Positions 10,423-20,143 are shown, numbered from the stretch's first letter. The stretch is DNA of 64,000 nucleotides from Nitrososphaerota archaeon (GCA_041641295.1 JBEPYO010000001.1:1440001-1504000), one strand, 5' to 3'. Translations and numbers: made by a program. The notes: a model not told the origin generated them from the letters alone.

Positions 10423-11336
10423 GGCGCTACCCTCCGCTTGTAGGCTATGACGACTCTTTGCTCAGGGTCCCATCTCGCCTCGAAGCCCACCGCCCGGAGC
10501 CTCTCCAACACCCCCCTATAGAGCCTAAGACCCCTAGACTTCTCACCAGGCCTCCCAACATAGTGGACCAGAATCCCGCGAGGCTTGAGAATCCTGAAGA
10601 GCTCAGCGTAGAACTCCCCCGAGTAGAGCTCACCCGCCAGAGAGAATCTAGGTGGGTCGTGGATAACAGCCTGAAAGGCTTCTGACGGTAGGCTGTATAT
10701 CAGACGAGAGGTGTCGTCGTTCACAATTGTTATCTTCTCCGACTCGAGGTCCCATGACCAGGGGTTGATCTCCGCTATCTTGAGGACGTTGACGTCTTTC
10801 TCAACTGTTATGACAGATGAGGCGCCCAGCCGGGCAGCCCAGATCGCCGAATAGCCAAGACCCGTACACGTATCTAAGACGACGCCGTTTCTTAACCTAC
10901 TTGAGGCGACCCTCACCTTCAGGTATGCGTCCTCCTCAGGGTAGACGCCCTTGACCCGGTGCATGTGTATGCCGTCAATCTCCAGTGTGGGTGCGTGCCC
11001 CTTCATGCTCTTGACCAGCTTGTAGAAATGCTCAGCCCTAACCTCGACCTTCCTCAACTCTCCTGATACGAGGGCGAATACAGACCTCTCATCCCGGGCA
11101 ACCCTCCTAAACTCTTCTAAAGGTATAGCCTCCCCCCTAACAACCACCTTTTCTCCCGAAACCTCCACCAACTCCTTGCTACGCCACAGGTCAAGACTGA
11201 CCTCCACCATCCCCCCTCCCCCTTCAGCGGCGTGAAGCAGGTCAAGCGCCACCTCGCTGGTGAACAACGGATAGGCCTGACGCCTGAAGGGATAAGTGTT
11301 GAAACGGCTGAGATCAATTCCGACCGGCCTATCCAC
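10419..11336 (-). CDS. Archaeal SAM-dependent methyltransferase (COG2521-like)
   Basis: APTLEIDGIHMH, VLDTCTGLGYSA, IHDPPRFSLAGELYS. Confidence 0.85.
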   Translation of the reverse strand: MDRPVGIDLSRFNTYPFRRQAYPLFTSEVALDLLHAAEGGGGMVEVSLDLWRSKELVEVSGEKVVVRGEAIPLEEFRRVARDERSVFALVSGELRKVEVRAEHFYKLVKSMKGHAPTLEIDGIHMHRVKGVYPEEDAYLKVRVASSRLRNGVVLDTCTGLGYSAIWAARLGASSVITVEKDVNVLKIAEINPWSWDLESEKITIVNDDTSRLIYSLPSEAFQAVIHDPPRFSLAGELYSGEFYAELFRILKPRGILVHYVGRPGEKSRGLRLYRGVLERLRAVGFEARWDPEQRVVIAYKRRVAP

Positions 11337-11400
11337 GCCCCCACTACAGACCGGCTGCTAGAGGATTTTTAGTCTGCCTCCAGCCTCACCTACACGCAGT

Positions 11401-11425
11401 TTTTTACGGTGTAAAAATATTTTTA
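11401..11425. promoter_or_regulatory. Overlapping palindromes in divergent promoter (candidate operator)
   Basis: TTTTTAC-ggt-GTAAAAA (11401-11417) overlaps perfect palindrome TAAAAATATTTTTA (11412-11425), ~22 bp upstream of the HTH gene start. Confidence 0.45.
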
Positions 11426-11446
11426 GACGGAGCCCCATCTCAAGAC

Positions 11447-12172
11447 ATGCCAAGCCGAGTAGAGCAGCTCATCCCCGCCCTGAGGGCTGCACTGGCCATC
11501 AGGCTAGTAGACAAGTATAGGCTGAAGAAGAGCCACGTCGCCAAAGCCCTAGGAGTCAGCCCAGCCGCAATTACCCAGTATGTCTCCGGGTCTAGGGGGC
11601 TCCGCCTGCCAACCGGAGACATCTCTGTCGAGGAGATAGACGCACTTGCCGAGCGTATCGCTAGGAAGATCTCCCTTGGCATGATTGATTCAGCATCGAC
11701 CGAGCTTACAGTCTTCCTCAACCAGTTGATAGCTCCGCGGATTTCTCAGGAGCTTAGAGCGGGGGCCGGGATAGATGCCTCTGTTATCAAGTCCTTGATG
11801 GACCGCATAACGCTGGAGGAGGAGGCAGCAAAGCGAGCCCTAGAGCTCTCAACAAGTGCAAGTTCCCAGCTCGCGAAAATGGTCTTGAAGCAGATGGCCG
11901 TCGATAGCATGAGGCACGCCGACATCCTCGCAACACTCATCCACGCAATAGAGAACAACGAGGATGTCAGCCTAACCAAGGACGACCTCGTACTCATAGC
12001 CGAGATGTCTAAGTTTGAGAGTAAGGCGGAGGAGCAGAGGCTTGCCGAGATACCGCTAAGAGAGATGAAACCAGTCATCAAGGCCCTACTAACCTCCATA
12101 GACATGGACGAAGAGAAGCATGAGATGCTCTTGAAGATAGTCCTCGGTGGAGAAGATAAATTAGGGAATTAG
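11447..12172 (+). CDS. HTH transcription regulator fused to a ferritin-like domain
   Basis: N-terminal HTH (KSHVAKALGVSPAAITQYVSGSRG); C-terminal E...DSMRH...E...DEEKH ferritin-like ligand pattern. Confidence 0.75.
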   Translation: MPSRVEQLIPALRAALAIRLVDKYRLKKSHVAKALGVSPAAITQYVSGSRGLRLPTGDISVEEIDALAERIARKISLGMIDSASTELTVFLNQLIAPRISQELRAGAGIDASVIKSLMDRITLEEEAAKRALELSTSASSQLAKMVLKQMAVDSMRHADILATLIHAIENNEDVSLTKDDLVLIAEMSKFESKAEEQRLAEIPLREMKPVIKALLTSIDMDEEKHEMLLKIVLGGEDKLGN

Positions 12173-12192
12173 GATAGAGTGTGTAGGGGTCT

Positions 12193-12702
12193 TTGGATAG
12201 GCTCTGGTCTCCCTGGCGGATGGAGTATATCAAGAGGGCTGCTAAGAGTGGTGGCTGTATTTTCTGCGAAAAGCCCCGCGAACGTAGGGACCGTTCAAAC
12301 CTCATACTGGCTCGGGGGAGATACTGTTTCGTCATGCTCAACGCCTACCCCTACAACTCGGGACACCTAATGATAGCCCCCTACCGCCACGTAGGCCAGC
12401 CCACCCTCCTCAGGGAAGCCGAATTTGTAGAGATATTCCGCCTCCTCCGAACCTTTCTAACTGCTTTGGACAAGACATACTCCCCATCAGGCTACAACAT
12501 TGGAATGAATGTGGGTAGGGCCTCAGGCGCGGGGATTCCCGGTCACATACACTTGCATGTTGTGCCTCGATGGACAGGCGACACAAACTTCATGCCCGTG
12601 ATATCAGACACTAAGGTCCTACCCGAGACGCTTGACCAAACATATGAGAAGATCTACGCCGTCCTCGACGACTCCGTAAAGTCGAGGCTATTCAACGAGT
12701 AA
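12193..12702 (+). CDS. HIT family hydrolase (FHIT/Ap4A-type)
   Basis: LWSPWR, CIFC, LNAYPYNSGHLM, HIHLHVVPRW. Confidence 0.92.
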   Translation: MDRLWSPWRMEYIKRAAKSGGCIFCEKPRERRDRSNLILARGRYCFVMLNAYPYNSGHLMIAPYRHVGQPTLLREAEFVEIFRLLRTFLTALDKTYSPSGYNIGMNVGRASGAGIPGHIHLHVVPRWTGDTNFMPVISDTKVLPETLDQTYEKIYAVLDDSVKSRLFNE

Positions 12703-12710
12703 TATATTCC

Positions 12711-13763
12711 TTAGAGAATATTCTCTCCGCAAGAGACTGCCACTTCTCCCCCACCAGTGGTTTGAGCCTTGTTCAGCCTTTCCCTCGCCTCGATGTAGTA
12801 GGGTGACGCTGGGTTTGCCAGTAGGACTACCTTGCTCACCTCGTCGTGTGTCGCGTAGACGTACCCTGTCAGGTGGGCAAGCTCTTGGGCGAATGTCATG
12901 AGATCCTCAATCGTGGGCATGTGCTCCTTCTTGAGGCGTTTCTGAGACTCGCCCACGTGGACATAGCCCTTACACTCTACGAAGTCGGGCTTGGCGAGCC
13001 TTATCGCCTCCGCATACTTTTCGGGTGATTTGAGGTTGAGATACTTGACGAGTGTAAGCCTGATTACTTTTCTGCACTTGAACCGAGGCATGATGCTGAG
13101 GCTTCTCCATACCCTCTCCCAGCTATCAGGTATCAGGGGCTTGTTGACGCTCAGGTGGGTCTCCTTGTCGGGTCCGTAGAAGCTTATGTAGAGGTTAGTG
13201 GGCTCTGCATCCTTCTCCAGTAGCTCCTCCAGCCTCTCAGGCATAGTCCCATTGGTGACAAGGAAGGTTGTCATGCCCCTGCTCCGGGCAAGCTTGATGA
13301 ACTCGGCGAGGTAGGGGTAGATGGTTGGCTCACCGTCCAAGCTAATAGCGATGTTCGTCGGCGTCATTGCCTCGAGGAACTTCTTCTTATCTACGCGTGG
13401 ATTACCTTTGAAGCCTGAGAGGAGTTGTCTCTGCTCCTTGATCATGGCGTCGAGTAGGACTTCTGGCGGGTCCCACTCGCCAGAGTAGGGCTGGCCACGG
13501 TTTATTGTGTGGAATCTCCAGCAGAAGACGCAGGCCATGTTGCAGTACTGGAGGCTGGGGGTCATTTGGAGGCATCTATGACTCTCTACGCCGTACCAAG
13601 ACTTGTAGCAGGCCTTTCCACCCCTGAGGGCCGACTTGGTCCAGTGGCAAATCTTTACCGCGCTGTGCCCGCCTACCAGCCGATACCCGCTACGGATGAA
13701 TTTCTCAGCCCCCTTAACCTCCAGCCTAACTATTCTCCTCGGCTCAGACAGCGTCTCAGCCAT
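12711..13763 (-). CDS. taw1: 4-demethylwyosine synthase Taw1/TYW1 (radical SAM)
   Basis: HSAVKICHWTK, CYK, SHRCLQMTP, CNMACVFCWR, GEPT. Confidence 0.95.
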   Translation of the reverse strand: MAETLSEPRRIVRLEVKGAEKFIRSGYRLVGGHSAVKICHWTKSALRGGKACYKSWYGVESHRCLQMTPSLQYCNMACVFCWRFHTINRGQPYSGEWDPPEVLLDAMIKEQRQLLSGFKGNPRVDKKKFLEAMTPTNIAISLDGEPTIYPYLAEFIKLARSRGMTTFLVTNGTMPERLEELLEKDAEPTNLYISFYGPDKETHLSVNKPLIPDSWERVWRSLSIMPRFKCRKVIRLTLVKYLNLKSPEKYAEAIRLAKPDFVECKGYVHVGESQKRLKKEHMPTIEDLMTFAQELAHLTGYVYATHDEVSKVVLLANPASPYYIEARERLNKAQTTGGGEVAVSCGENIL

Positions 13764-13877
13764 ACGCTAATAGTCAATTTGAATGAAAGCGGGATTTAAG
13801 CTTGGAGGAACAGCACAGAGCCATGTAGATTAGATATAAAAGCTTGGACAATATATCTGAGCAACGCCTAAGAGGGC

Positions 13878-15272
13878 ATGCGGCTTGTCTTCAAGTTCGG
13901 GGGAACCTCGCTAGGCGATGGTGAGCGTATCAGGAATGCTTGCAATATTGTCCGCTCATACCGCGAGCGTGGAGACAATATAGTTGTGGTCTGCTCAGCA
14001 ATGGGTGATACAACCGATATTCTGCTCGAACTGATGGACTCGGCTGTCAGGGGTGAGAGAGGGAGGCTTGAGGACGGGCTAGAGAGGCTGAGATCCGCCC
14101 ACATAGAGGCTGTAGAATACGTATTGAGGGGGGATGGGCTGAAGAGTGAGGCTCTGAAAGTGATTGAGGAGAGGCTGAGCGATCTCACCCACATCTTATC
14201 AAGCATCTACTTCCTCCGCGAAGTTACCCCTAGGACCAGGGACTTGGTCCTATCCTTCGGCGAGAGACTGTCAACATGGATTTTCACATGTGCGCTCCGT
14301 GGTCTAGGAATAGCTGCAAAGTACCTCGAGGGCGGCGACGCTGGCATAATCACCGACTCTGACTTCGGATACGCCACACCACTCATGGAGGAAACACTCA
14401 ACAACATCAAGAATACGATACTGCCACTGCTCGGTCAGGGGGTCGTGCCTGTAGTCACAGGCTTTATCGGACGTACGCGCGATGGAGCCATCACTACGCT
14501 GGGGAGGGGAGGCTCTGACTTCACTGCAACGCTTCTTGGGAGCGGCATCAAGGCCGACGAGGTCGTGTTGTGGAGCGATGTCGATGGACTGCTTACTGCA
14601 GACCCTAGGATAGTGAGGGGGGTCAAGGTTATTCCCCAGCTCTCATACGAGGAGGCCCTCGAGATGGCTGTCTTCGGAGCTAAAGGCCTCCACCCCCGCG
14701 CAATAGAAGCGGCCCAAAACGGAGGCGTAAAGGTCCGCATAAAGAACACCTTCAACCCCTCCGCCCCGGGAACACTCATCACTGACCGGGGCCTAAGTAC
14801 CGATTCCGTCGTCAAAGGAGTACTCTTGGTGAGGGATGTCGCAATGATTACTGTCCGGGGCGCAACGGCGGTTGGAAAGCCGGGAAGCGCCGCACGAATA
14901 CTCCAGAGCATATCCAGCCGCGGAATAAATGTCATGATGATCTCGCAGAGCGTCTCGGAGTCTAGCATATCGCTGATAGTTAGGCGGGAGTCTGCGGACG
15001 CGGCCTTGGAGGCTATTCGGGACTCGAATCCGCCTAGCTTGATTAGGGGTGTTGAGTGTGAGAAGGATGTGGTAGTGGTCGCGGTTGTTGGTGAGGGGAT
15101 GAAGGGGACGCCGGGCGTAGCCAGCAGGGTCTTCGGCGCGGTGGCCCGTAGGGGGATAAATGTTAGGATGATAGCTCAGGGTAGCTCGGAGCTCAACATC
15201 TCCTTCGTCGTAAAGGAGGCTGACGGCGTCGAGGCTGTCCGCGCAATACATGAAGACTACGGGCTAGGCTAA
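13878..15272 (+). CDS. lysC: Aspartate kinase with C-terminal ACT domains
   Basis: KFGGTS, SAMG, GERLS, TTLGRGGSD, DVDG, two ACT repeats. Confidence 0.95.
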   Translation: MRLVFKFGGTSLGDGERIRNACNIVRSYRERGDNIVVVCSAMGDTTDILLELMDSAVRGERGRLEDGLERLRSAHIEAVEYVLRGDGLKSEALKVIEERLSDLTHILSSIYFLREVTPRTRDLVLSFGERLSTWIFTCALRGLGIAAKYLEGGDAGIITDSDFGYATPLMEETLNNIKNTILPLLGQGVVPVVTGFIGRTRDGAITTLGRGGSDFTATLLGSGIKADEVVLWSDVDGLLTADPRIVRGVKVIPQLSYEEALEMAVFGAKGLHPRAIEAAQNGGVKVRIKNTFNPSAPGTLITDRGLSTDSVVKGVLLVRDVAMITVRGATAVGKPGSAARILQSISSRGINVMMISQSVSESSISLIVRRESADAALEAIRDSNPPSLIRGVECEKDVVVVAVVGEGMKGTPGVASRVFGAVARRGINVRMIAQGSSELNISFVVKEADGVEAVRAIHEDYGLG

Positions 15273-15291
15273 TGCCCACTGCGCGTTGACA

Positions 15292-16515
15292 TCAGGCCTC
15301 TAGTGTGGCAAGCCCTCTGGATATGAGATAAACGGCAGCATATACTGGAAGCTCGGTCGAGCGCGGCTCAGCTATCTCATCAAACTCCTCGCCCCCCAGC
15401 CTGAAGCCGGGCGAATAAGCAATCCTCACCCTCACCTTCCTATCTCGCGGGAGAACCACACACTCGTTGAGAGGGTCGAAGTCGTCAAGCATATCTAATG
15501 GCACTTTCCTAGCGAGGAGGCCCGTCTTCCCATTCAGCGTGCCCGAAAGCCTTAACAGCCTATGGATGTCTGTTGTGACTACAGGGTCTATTCTGAGGGC
15601 CTCTTGTCTGACCGCCTCCTCAACAAGGAGGGTCCAGAATCCGAGTGGGGCCACAGCCCAATCAGGCTCCATGGACCAGGCCTCTCTCACCTTCTCGGCT
15701 AGGTCGCCGTATTTGGCAAGGCCTTGGACAGAACTCGGTCTCTGTAGTAGCGAGTAAATTCTTCTTACTATTCTGCCCCGCCATCCCGGTTCATGTAGCA
15801 TAGGCGGTGGCAGTAGGTTTAGCCTAGGCCTCCCCCGTCCCTCTCGCCTCCAAGGCAGCCCCAAGAGTCCTGGGACGAGCCCCACGCATGTCAAGTAGCC
15901 CACCAAGTCTTTTCTCGCCATCTGGTCGAGGGACAGGTGATCTTGCGAATAGGCCACGATGTGGTATCCCCTGTTCCCCGAAAAGCCAACTTCAACTTCC
16001 CCCTCATCGACGCCCAGCTCCTCGACAAGTATCTCGACAAGCCTTACCGCCTCTGCTCTAGCCGCGCCGAGGCAGGTGTCGCAGACCCACTCAACTTCCC
16101 TTCCAGCCGAGCCACACTTAGGACAGGTCTCACCCCCATCCTCTAGGAGCCCGTGAACAATACAGACTCTGTAAACATGCTGGGACACGCATGGCACGTC
16201 CAGATGGTCGGCGTCGATGTCGAAGATAAGGTCTGCAGCCATCCACCCCTTCTCCTCCATAGGCGCCGCGGGGTACTGGTAGTAGGCAGCCGAGCGATAA
16301 GCATGTAGCGGCGCAACCCGCGCTATCTCGGCCCTAACCTCCTCAGCAGACCTGAAAGACAAATGCCTAACCATCTCACCCCTCTCAAACGACCAGTATC
16401 CAAACTCCCTCGCCTCGGGTTTTGGGGGTGGTGAGATAAGGCTGGCATTTTCCCTGTAATAATCTCTGAAAACCTGCCTTACAAACGCTGACGAGCGGTC
16501 GACTAACGTTGACAA
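15292..16515 (-). CDS. priS: DNA primase small (catalytic) subunit with Zn-ribbon insertion
   Basis: REFG, DLIFDIDAD, FSGNRGYH, IDPVVTTDIHRLLRL-x-GTLNGKTG; TTG at 16515 chosen over the ORF-track start 16581 because a TATA-like element lies ~30 bp upstream. Confidence 0.93.
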   Translation of the reverse strand: MSTLVDRSSAFVRQVFRDYYRENASLISPPPKPEAREFGYWSFERGEMVRHLSFRSAEEVRAEIARVAPLHAYRSAAYYQYPAAPMEEKGWMAADLIFDIDADHLDVPCVSQHVYRVCIVHGLLEDGGETCPKCGSAGREVEWVCDTCLGAARAEAVRLVEILVEELGVDEGEVEVGFSGNRGYHIVAYSQDHLSLDQMARKDLVGYLTCVGLVPGLLGLPWRREGRGRPRLNLLPPPMLHEPGWRGRIVRRIYSLLQRPSSVQGLAKYGDLAEKVREAWSMEPDWAVAPLGFWTLLVEEAVRQEALRIDPVVTTDIHRLLRLSGTLNGKTGLLARKVPLDMLDDFDPLNECVVLPRDRKVRVRIAYSPGFRLGGEEFDEIAEPRSTELPVYAAVYLISRGLATLEA

Positions 16516-16590
16516 TCCCGAGAGGCCGATCAGGCTGGAGGAATAAAAACTAAGCTCGTCCACAATAAAGCCACCTCCCATAGGTCTTCT

Positions 16591-17214
16591 CTAGACGTGG
16601 AGGCTGAGGCGGGTTAAGATACGCTGCCAGTCAAGGCGGGTTACAATATAGACTAGGACCATGGCCGCACCCGCGCTCATCAAGGCGAATATTATGGTAG
16701 ACTCGGGGCTGAGTCCCGCCGGCCCGCACTCGACCAGCAGACAGGCTAAGTCTGACCAATACAAAGCCGCAAATGCGACGACAGTGGTTATGAATAGCTT
16801 CCCAGCGAAGACTAGTGGCCAGAAATACATGTTACGATACCCGCCCACAGCAATCAAGAGGTAAACAACGTCATCAGGCACAGGCGTAGCGGCGGTCAGC
16901 AATATCGCTATCCAGCCATACTTCCTGATGAGCCTCTCAAGGGGGGCGAGCCTCTCGAGTGACTCCTTGCTTAGAAGCCTCCTACCACCCTTGAAGACGT
17001 TGAAGAGTATTAGCTTACCCGAAGCCGCGCCTGCAGCACTTATGAGTGCTGTGGGAATCGGCTCGAGCTTACCCGCTATGATTCCTATGAGTATGGGCGG
17101 GATATATGGCCCCGAGACGAAGGGAAGCAGGCTTCCCAGAAAGCTCGCGGAAAAAACACCCGCATAACCGAGCATAGTCAGACTAGTCCAGAACTCGGGG
17201 TCAAAAAGGCTCAA
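16591..17214 (-). CDS. DedA/VTT-domain membrane protein
   Basis: Multiple TM helices, TPVPDD and GK motifs. Confidence 0.75.
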   Translation of the reverse strand: MSLFDPEFWTSLTMLGYAGVFSASFLGSLLPFVSGPYIPPILIGIIAGKLEPIPTALISAAGAASGKLILFNVFKGGRRLLSKESLERLAPLERLIRKYGWIAILLTAATPVPDDVVYLLIAVGGYRNMYFWPLVFAGKLFITTVVAFAALYWSDLACLLVECGPAGLSPESTIIFALMSAGAAMVLVYIVTRLDWQRILTRLSLHV

Positions 17215-17342
17215 ACACTTATGAACGGACTATTCAGGCCAATATTTAAAAATGCATCACACGTCAACCCATCCTATCAGCCCATGGAATCTGTGATTAA
17301 TCTTAAAGAGTCGCTCATATCAACTGATACGGGGCACCGGGG

Positions 17343-17645
17343 TTGAAGGTGGTCATACAGATTCCCTCCGCTCTAAGGGCGCTCACCGGCAACACAAACC
17401 AAGTGGAGGTGGAGGCTCAGACAGTGGGCGAGGCCCTAGCAGCGCTCCTAGAACTCTATCCCAGCATTGGGCGATACATCTTCGACGACCAGCAGAGGCT
17501 GCGAAGCTTCATCAACATCTTCATCAACGACCGGGACATAAAAACACTCAACGGCCTCGAGACCCGCCTCAAAGACTCGGACAGAATCCTGATACTCCCA
17601 GCCATCGCAGGTGGACTCTCCCGGGGAATATGCAAATATATTTAA
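17343..17645 (+). CDS. Ubiquitin-like SAMP/MoaD-family sulfur carrier with 9-aa extension after the GG motif
   Basis: IPSALR, TVGEALAAL, FINIFINDRDI...GLETRLKDSDRILILPAIAGG followed by LSRGICKYI*. Confidence 0.9.
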   Translation: MKVVIQIPSALRALTGNTNQVEVEAQTVGEALAALLELYPSIGRYIFDDQQRLRSFINIFINDRDIKTLNGLETRLKDSDRILILPAIAGGLSRGICKYI

Positions 17646-17676
17646 AAGGCAGCCGCGAATCAGGAATCATCGAGGT

Positions 17677-18864
17677 GTGTCTGACCTAGTCCAGCGTGAG
17701 GTCGTGAAGGGTTCAAACTATACTAGCTTCACGATGGAGGAGATAAGGCGGTACGGCCGGCACCTGATAATGCCTGAGGTGGGATTAGAGGGGCAGAGAA
17801 GGCTCAAGGCGGCGCGAGTTCTTGTCGTTGGTGTCGGAGGACTCGGTGCGCCAGTCTCGCTCTATCTTGCTGCAGCGGGTGTGGGAAAGATCGGGCTACT
17901 TGACTTTGACGAAATCGACGAGACGAATCTTCAGCGCCAAGTAATCTTCTCCACACCTGACGTTGGGAGAAAGAAGGTGGAGGTCGCGAAGGAGCGGCTA
18001 CTCAAGCTAAACCCCCACATAGAGGTCGAAACACACGATACTCTAATCAACTCTGAGAACGCCCTCGACATAATAAGGGAATACGACATAGTTGTCGACG
18101 CCACCGACAACTTCCCAACCCGATACCTCCTCAACGACGCCTGCGTCATGCTTGGGAAGCCCCTAATCTACGGCAGCATATTCAGGTTCGACGGCCAAGT
18201 AAGCGTCTTCTACGCCGGGAAAGGCCCATGCTACAGGTGCCTATACCCAGAGCCGCCGCCACCAGGCCTAGTCCCCTCATGCGCCGAGGGCGGGGTACTG
18301 GGCGTCCTCCCAGGCATCGTGGGCTCGCTACAGGCAAATGAGGCCCTCAAACTGATAATAGGGATTGGGGAGCCACTCATAGGCAGGCTACTACTAGTAG
18401 ATGCTCTATCTATGACCTTCAGAGAACTCCGCATCAGCAGGGATAGGAACTGCCCTGTGTGCGGCGACAACCCGACTATCAAAGAGCTGATAGACTACGA
18501 GCAGTTCTGCGGGACAAGGGTTTCCGGCGAGGCCTTGGACGCAGCACGCAACTCTATCACCCCGCTCGAGCTGAAGAAACTCTTGGAGCGCGGTGAGGAG
18601 ATCCAGCTCATCGACGTGAGAGAGCCTGTCGAGTGGGAGATATGCAGAATACCCGGAGCCAAGCTCATCCCTCTCGGCCAGCTCACCTCTAGACTCCACG
18701 AGATAGACCAAACAAGAAAAGTGATAGTCTACTGCCACTCAGGCCAGAGAAGCGCCCTAGCCGTCAAACTACTCAGAGAACTAGGCCTAACAAACACCTA
18801 CAACCTCGCAGGGGGAATCGACGCCTACGCAGAACAGGTCGACCCATCAATCCCCCGCTATTAG
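17677..18864 (+). CDS. moeB: E1-like adenylyltransferase MoeB/UbaA fused to rhodanese (MoeZ/Uba4/MOCS3 architecture)
   Basis: RYGRH, GVGGLG, NLQRQ, CYRC, PSCAEGG, CPVC, rhodanese CHSGQRS; likely start GTG 17677 (TTTAAA at 17641-17646), frame open from 17593. Confidence 0.93.
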   Translation: MSDLVQREVVKGSNYTSFTMEEIRRYGRHLIMPEVGLEGQRRLKAARVLVVGVGGLGAPVSLYLAAAGVGKIGLLDFDEIDETNLQRQVIFSTPDVGRKKVEVAKERLLKLNPHIEVETHDTLINSENALDIIREYDIVVDATDNFPTRYLLNDACVMLGKPLIYGSIFRFDGQVSVFYAGKGPCYRCLYPEPPPPGLVPSCAEGGVLGVLPGIVGSLQANEALKLIIGIGEPLIGRLLLVDALSMTFRELRISRDRNCPVCGDNPTIKELIDYEQFCGTRVSGEALDAARNSITPLELKKLLERGEEIQLIDVREPVEWEICRIPGAKLIPLGQLTSRLHEIDQTRKVIVYCHSGQRSALAVKLLRELGLTNTYNLAGGIDAYAEQVDPSIPRY

Positions 18865-18919
18865 CACCCCACCCCCCAAAAAACCTAAAAACCCGCCCAA
18901 AACAAGTGAAGCCGGAGAG

Positions 18920-19027
18920 GCGGGGGTCGCCAAGCCTGGTCAAAGGCGCAGGGCTCAGGATCCACGTCTAAATGGATGAGAACCCCTGTCCCGTAGGGGT
19001 TCGTGGGTTCAAATCCCACCCCCCGCA
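18920..19027 (+). tRNA. tRNA-Leu(CAG) with 23-nt intron at canonical 37/38 (18960-18982)
   Basis: Acceptor GCGGGGG/CCCCCGC+A, anticodon stem CAGGG/CCCTG, anticodon CAG 18956-18958, long variable arm, GGTTCAAATCC; BHB motif: central helix CTCA/TGAG, outer helix TCCA/TGGA, bulges GGA and AAC; CCA not encoded. Confidence 0.95.
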
Positions 19028-19120
19028 TGGATTTTTACAACATTAAGCTCATTATTGGTAGCACGGGAACGCTCTACAACCTATTAACATAGTATTAGCC
19101 GCCAATTTTCTAGAAGGTTC

Positions 19121-20143
19121 TCACGGCTTCACTACCGCTTTTATGGCAGCTCTCTTCTGTACCGCATCAATTGCCTCACCTATCTTTTCGAGTGGGAATG
19201 TATGAGTGACTATTGCTGAGGGTTTGACTGCCCCTTTCTCCATTAGGCTCAGCGCCTCATGGTAGTTCTTTCTTAGGGCGTCGGCGCTGCCTGTTATTGT
19301 TAGCTCGCTATAGTGTATCTTGTTGGGGCTGATGCTTATCTCGTAGTCTGGGTGCGCACCGGCGAATATGTTTATGCGTCCGCCCTTTGATACGAGTCTC
19401 AGGGCAGTTGACATGGCGTCCCTATTGTTTATAGCTAGGATGACTGCGTCGGCCCCGTAACCATCTGTGGCCTCCATAACGGCTTTGTAGGGGTCGATCT
19501 CGAGCGAGTTTATAACTAGGTCCGCACCAAGTGTGTTTGCCATCTTGAGCCTCCCTTCATGATGCCCAATCATGATTACTTTCGATCTGAGATTTCTTAT
19601 GAGCTGGAGATGTAGGAGACCCATGGGGCCGTCGCCTATGATTGCGACTGTGTCTTCAGACTTTAGGTCCAGTTGCTCGATAGCGTGGAGGCAGCATGCT
19701 GTAGGTTCTGTCAGGCATGCATCCTCGACCCTAATGTTTTCTGGTATTCTAATCAGGTTCTGTTCGGGGACCTTGATGTATTCTGCAAACCCTCCGTGAA
19801 CATATCTTTTTTCAGCGCAGAGGTTCTCCCTCCCAGCCCTACAATACTTGCATAAACCACATGATGTGATTATGTATGGTACCACCCTATCCCCCTCTCT
19901 GATCGTTTTGACGTCTTGGCCCGTGCTGACGACCACGCCCGCCCACTCGTGGCCTGTAAAACCTGGGCTGGACTTCCCGAATGAAGTCTCTCGATAACTC
20001 TTCAACCCGTTGAAGAACTTTATATCGCTCGCACATATCCCACATGCCTCCACGCGGACCAGTACTTCACGTTCTCTTGGAACCGGTATAGCGGCATCCT
20101 CGATGACGACTTTGTGGGGTGATAGGACGAAGGCCGCCTTCAT
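19121..20143 (-). CDS. Zn-dependent (MDR) polyol/sugar dehydrogenase
   Basis: CGICASD, GHEWAG, CGLCKYC...C, GDGPMG; start placed at MKAAFVL (20143) to avoid overlap with the divergent gene. Confidence 0.9.
   Translation of the reverse strand: MKAAFVLSPHKVVIEDAAIPVPREREVLVRVEACGICASDIKFFNGLKSYRETSFGKSSPGFTGHEWAGVVVSTGQDVKTIREGDRVVPYIITSCGLCKYCRAGRENLCAEKRYVHGGFAEYIKVPEQNLIRIPENIRVEDACLTEPTACCLHAIEQLDLKSEDTVAIIGDGPMGLLHLQLIRNLRSKVIMIGHHEGRLKMANTLGADLVINSLEIDPYKAVMEATDGYGADAVILAINNRDAMSTALRLVSKGGRINIFAGAHPDYEISISPNKIHYSELTITGSADALRKNYHEALSLMEKGAVKPSAIVTHTFPLEKIGEAIDAVQKRAAIKAVVKP

Noticed and set aside
19089-19100. 12-mer ATAGTATTAGCC also found at 62026-62037
   Set aside because: Many 12-mer matches are expected by chance in 64 kb; the copies do not bracket a coherent element and do not match the tRNA end.
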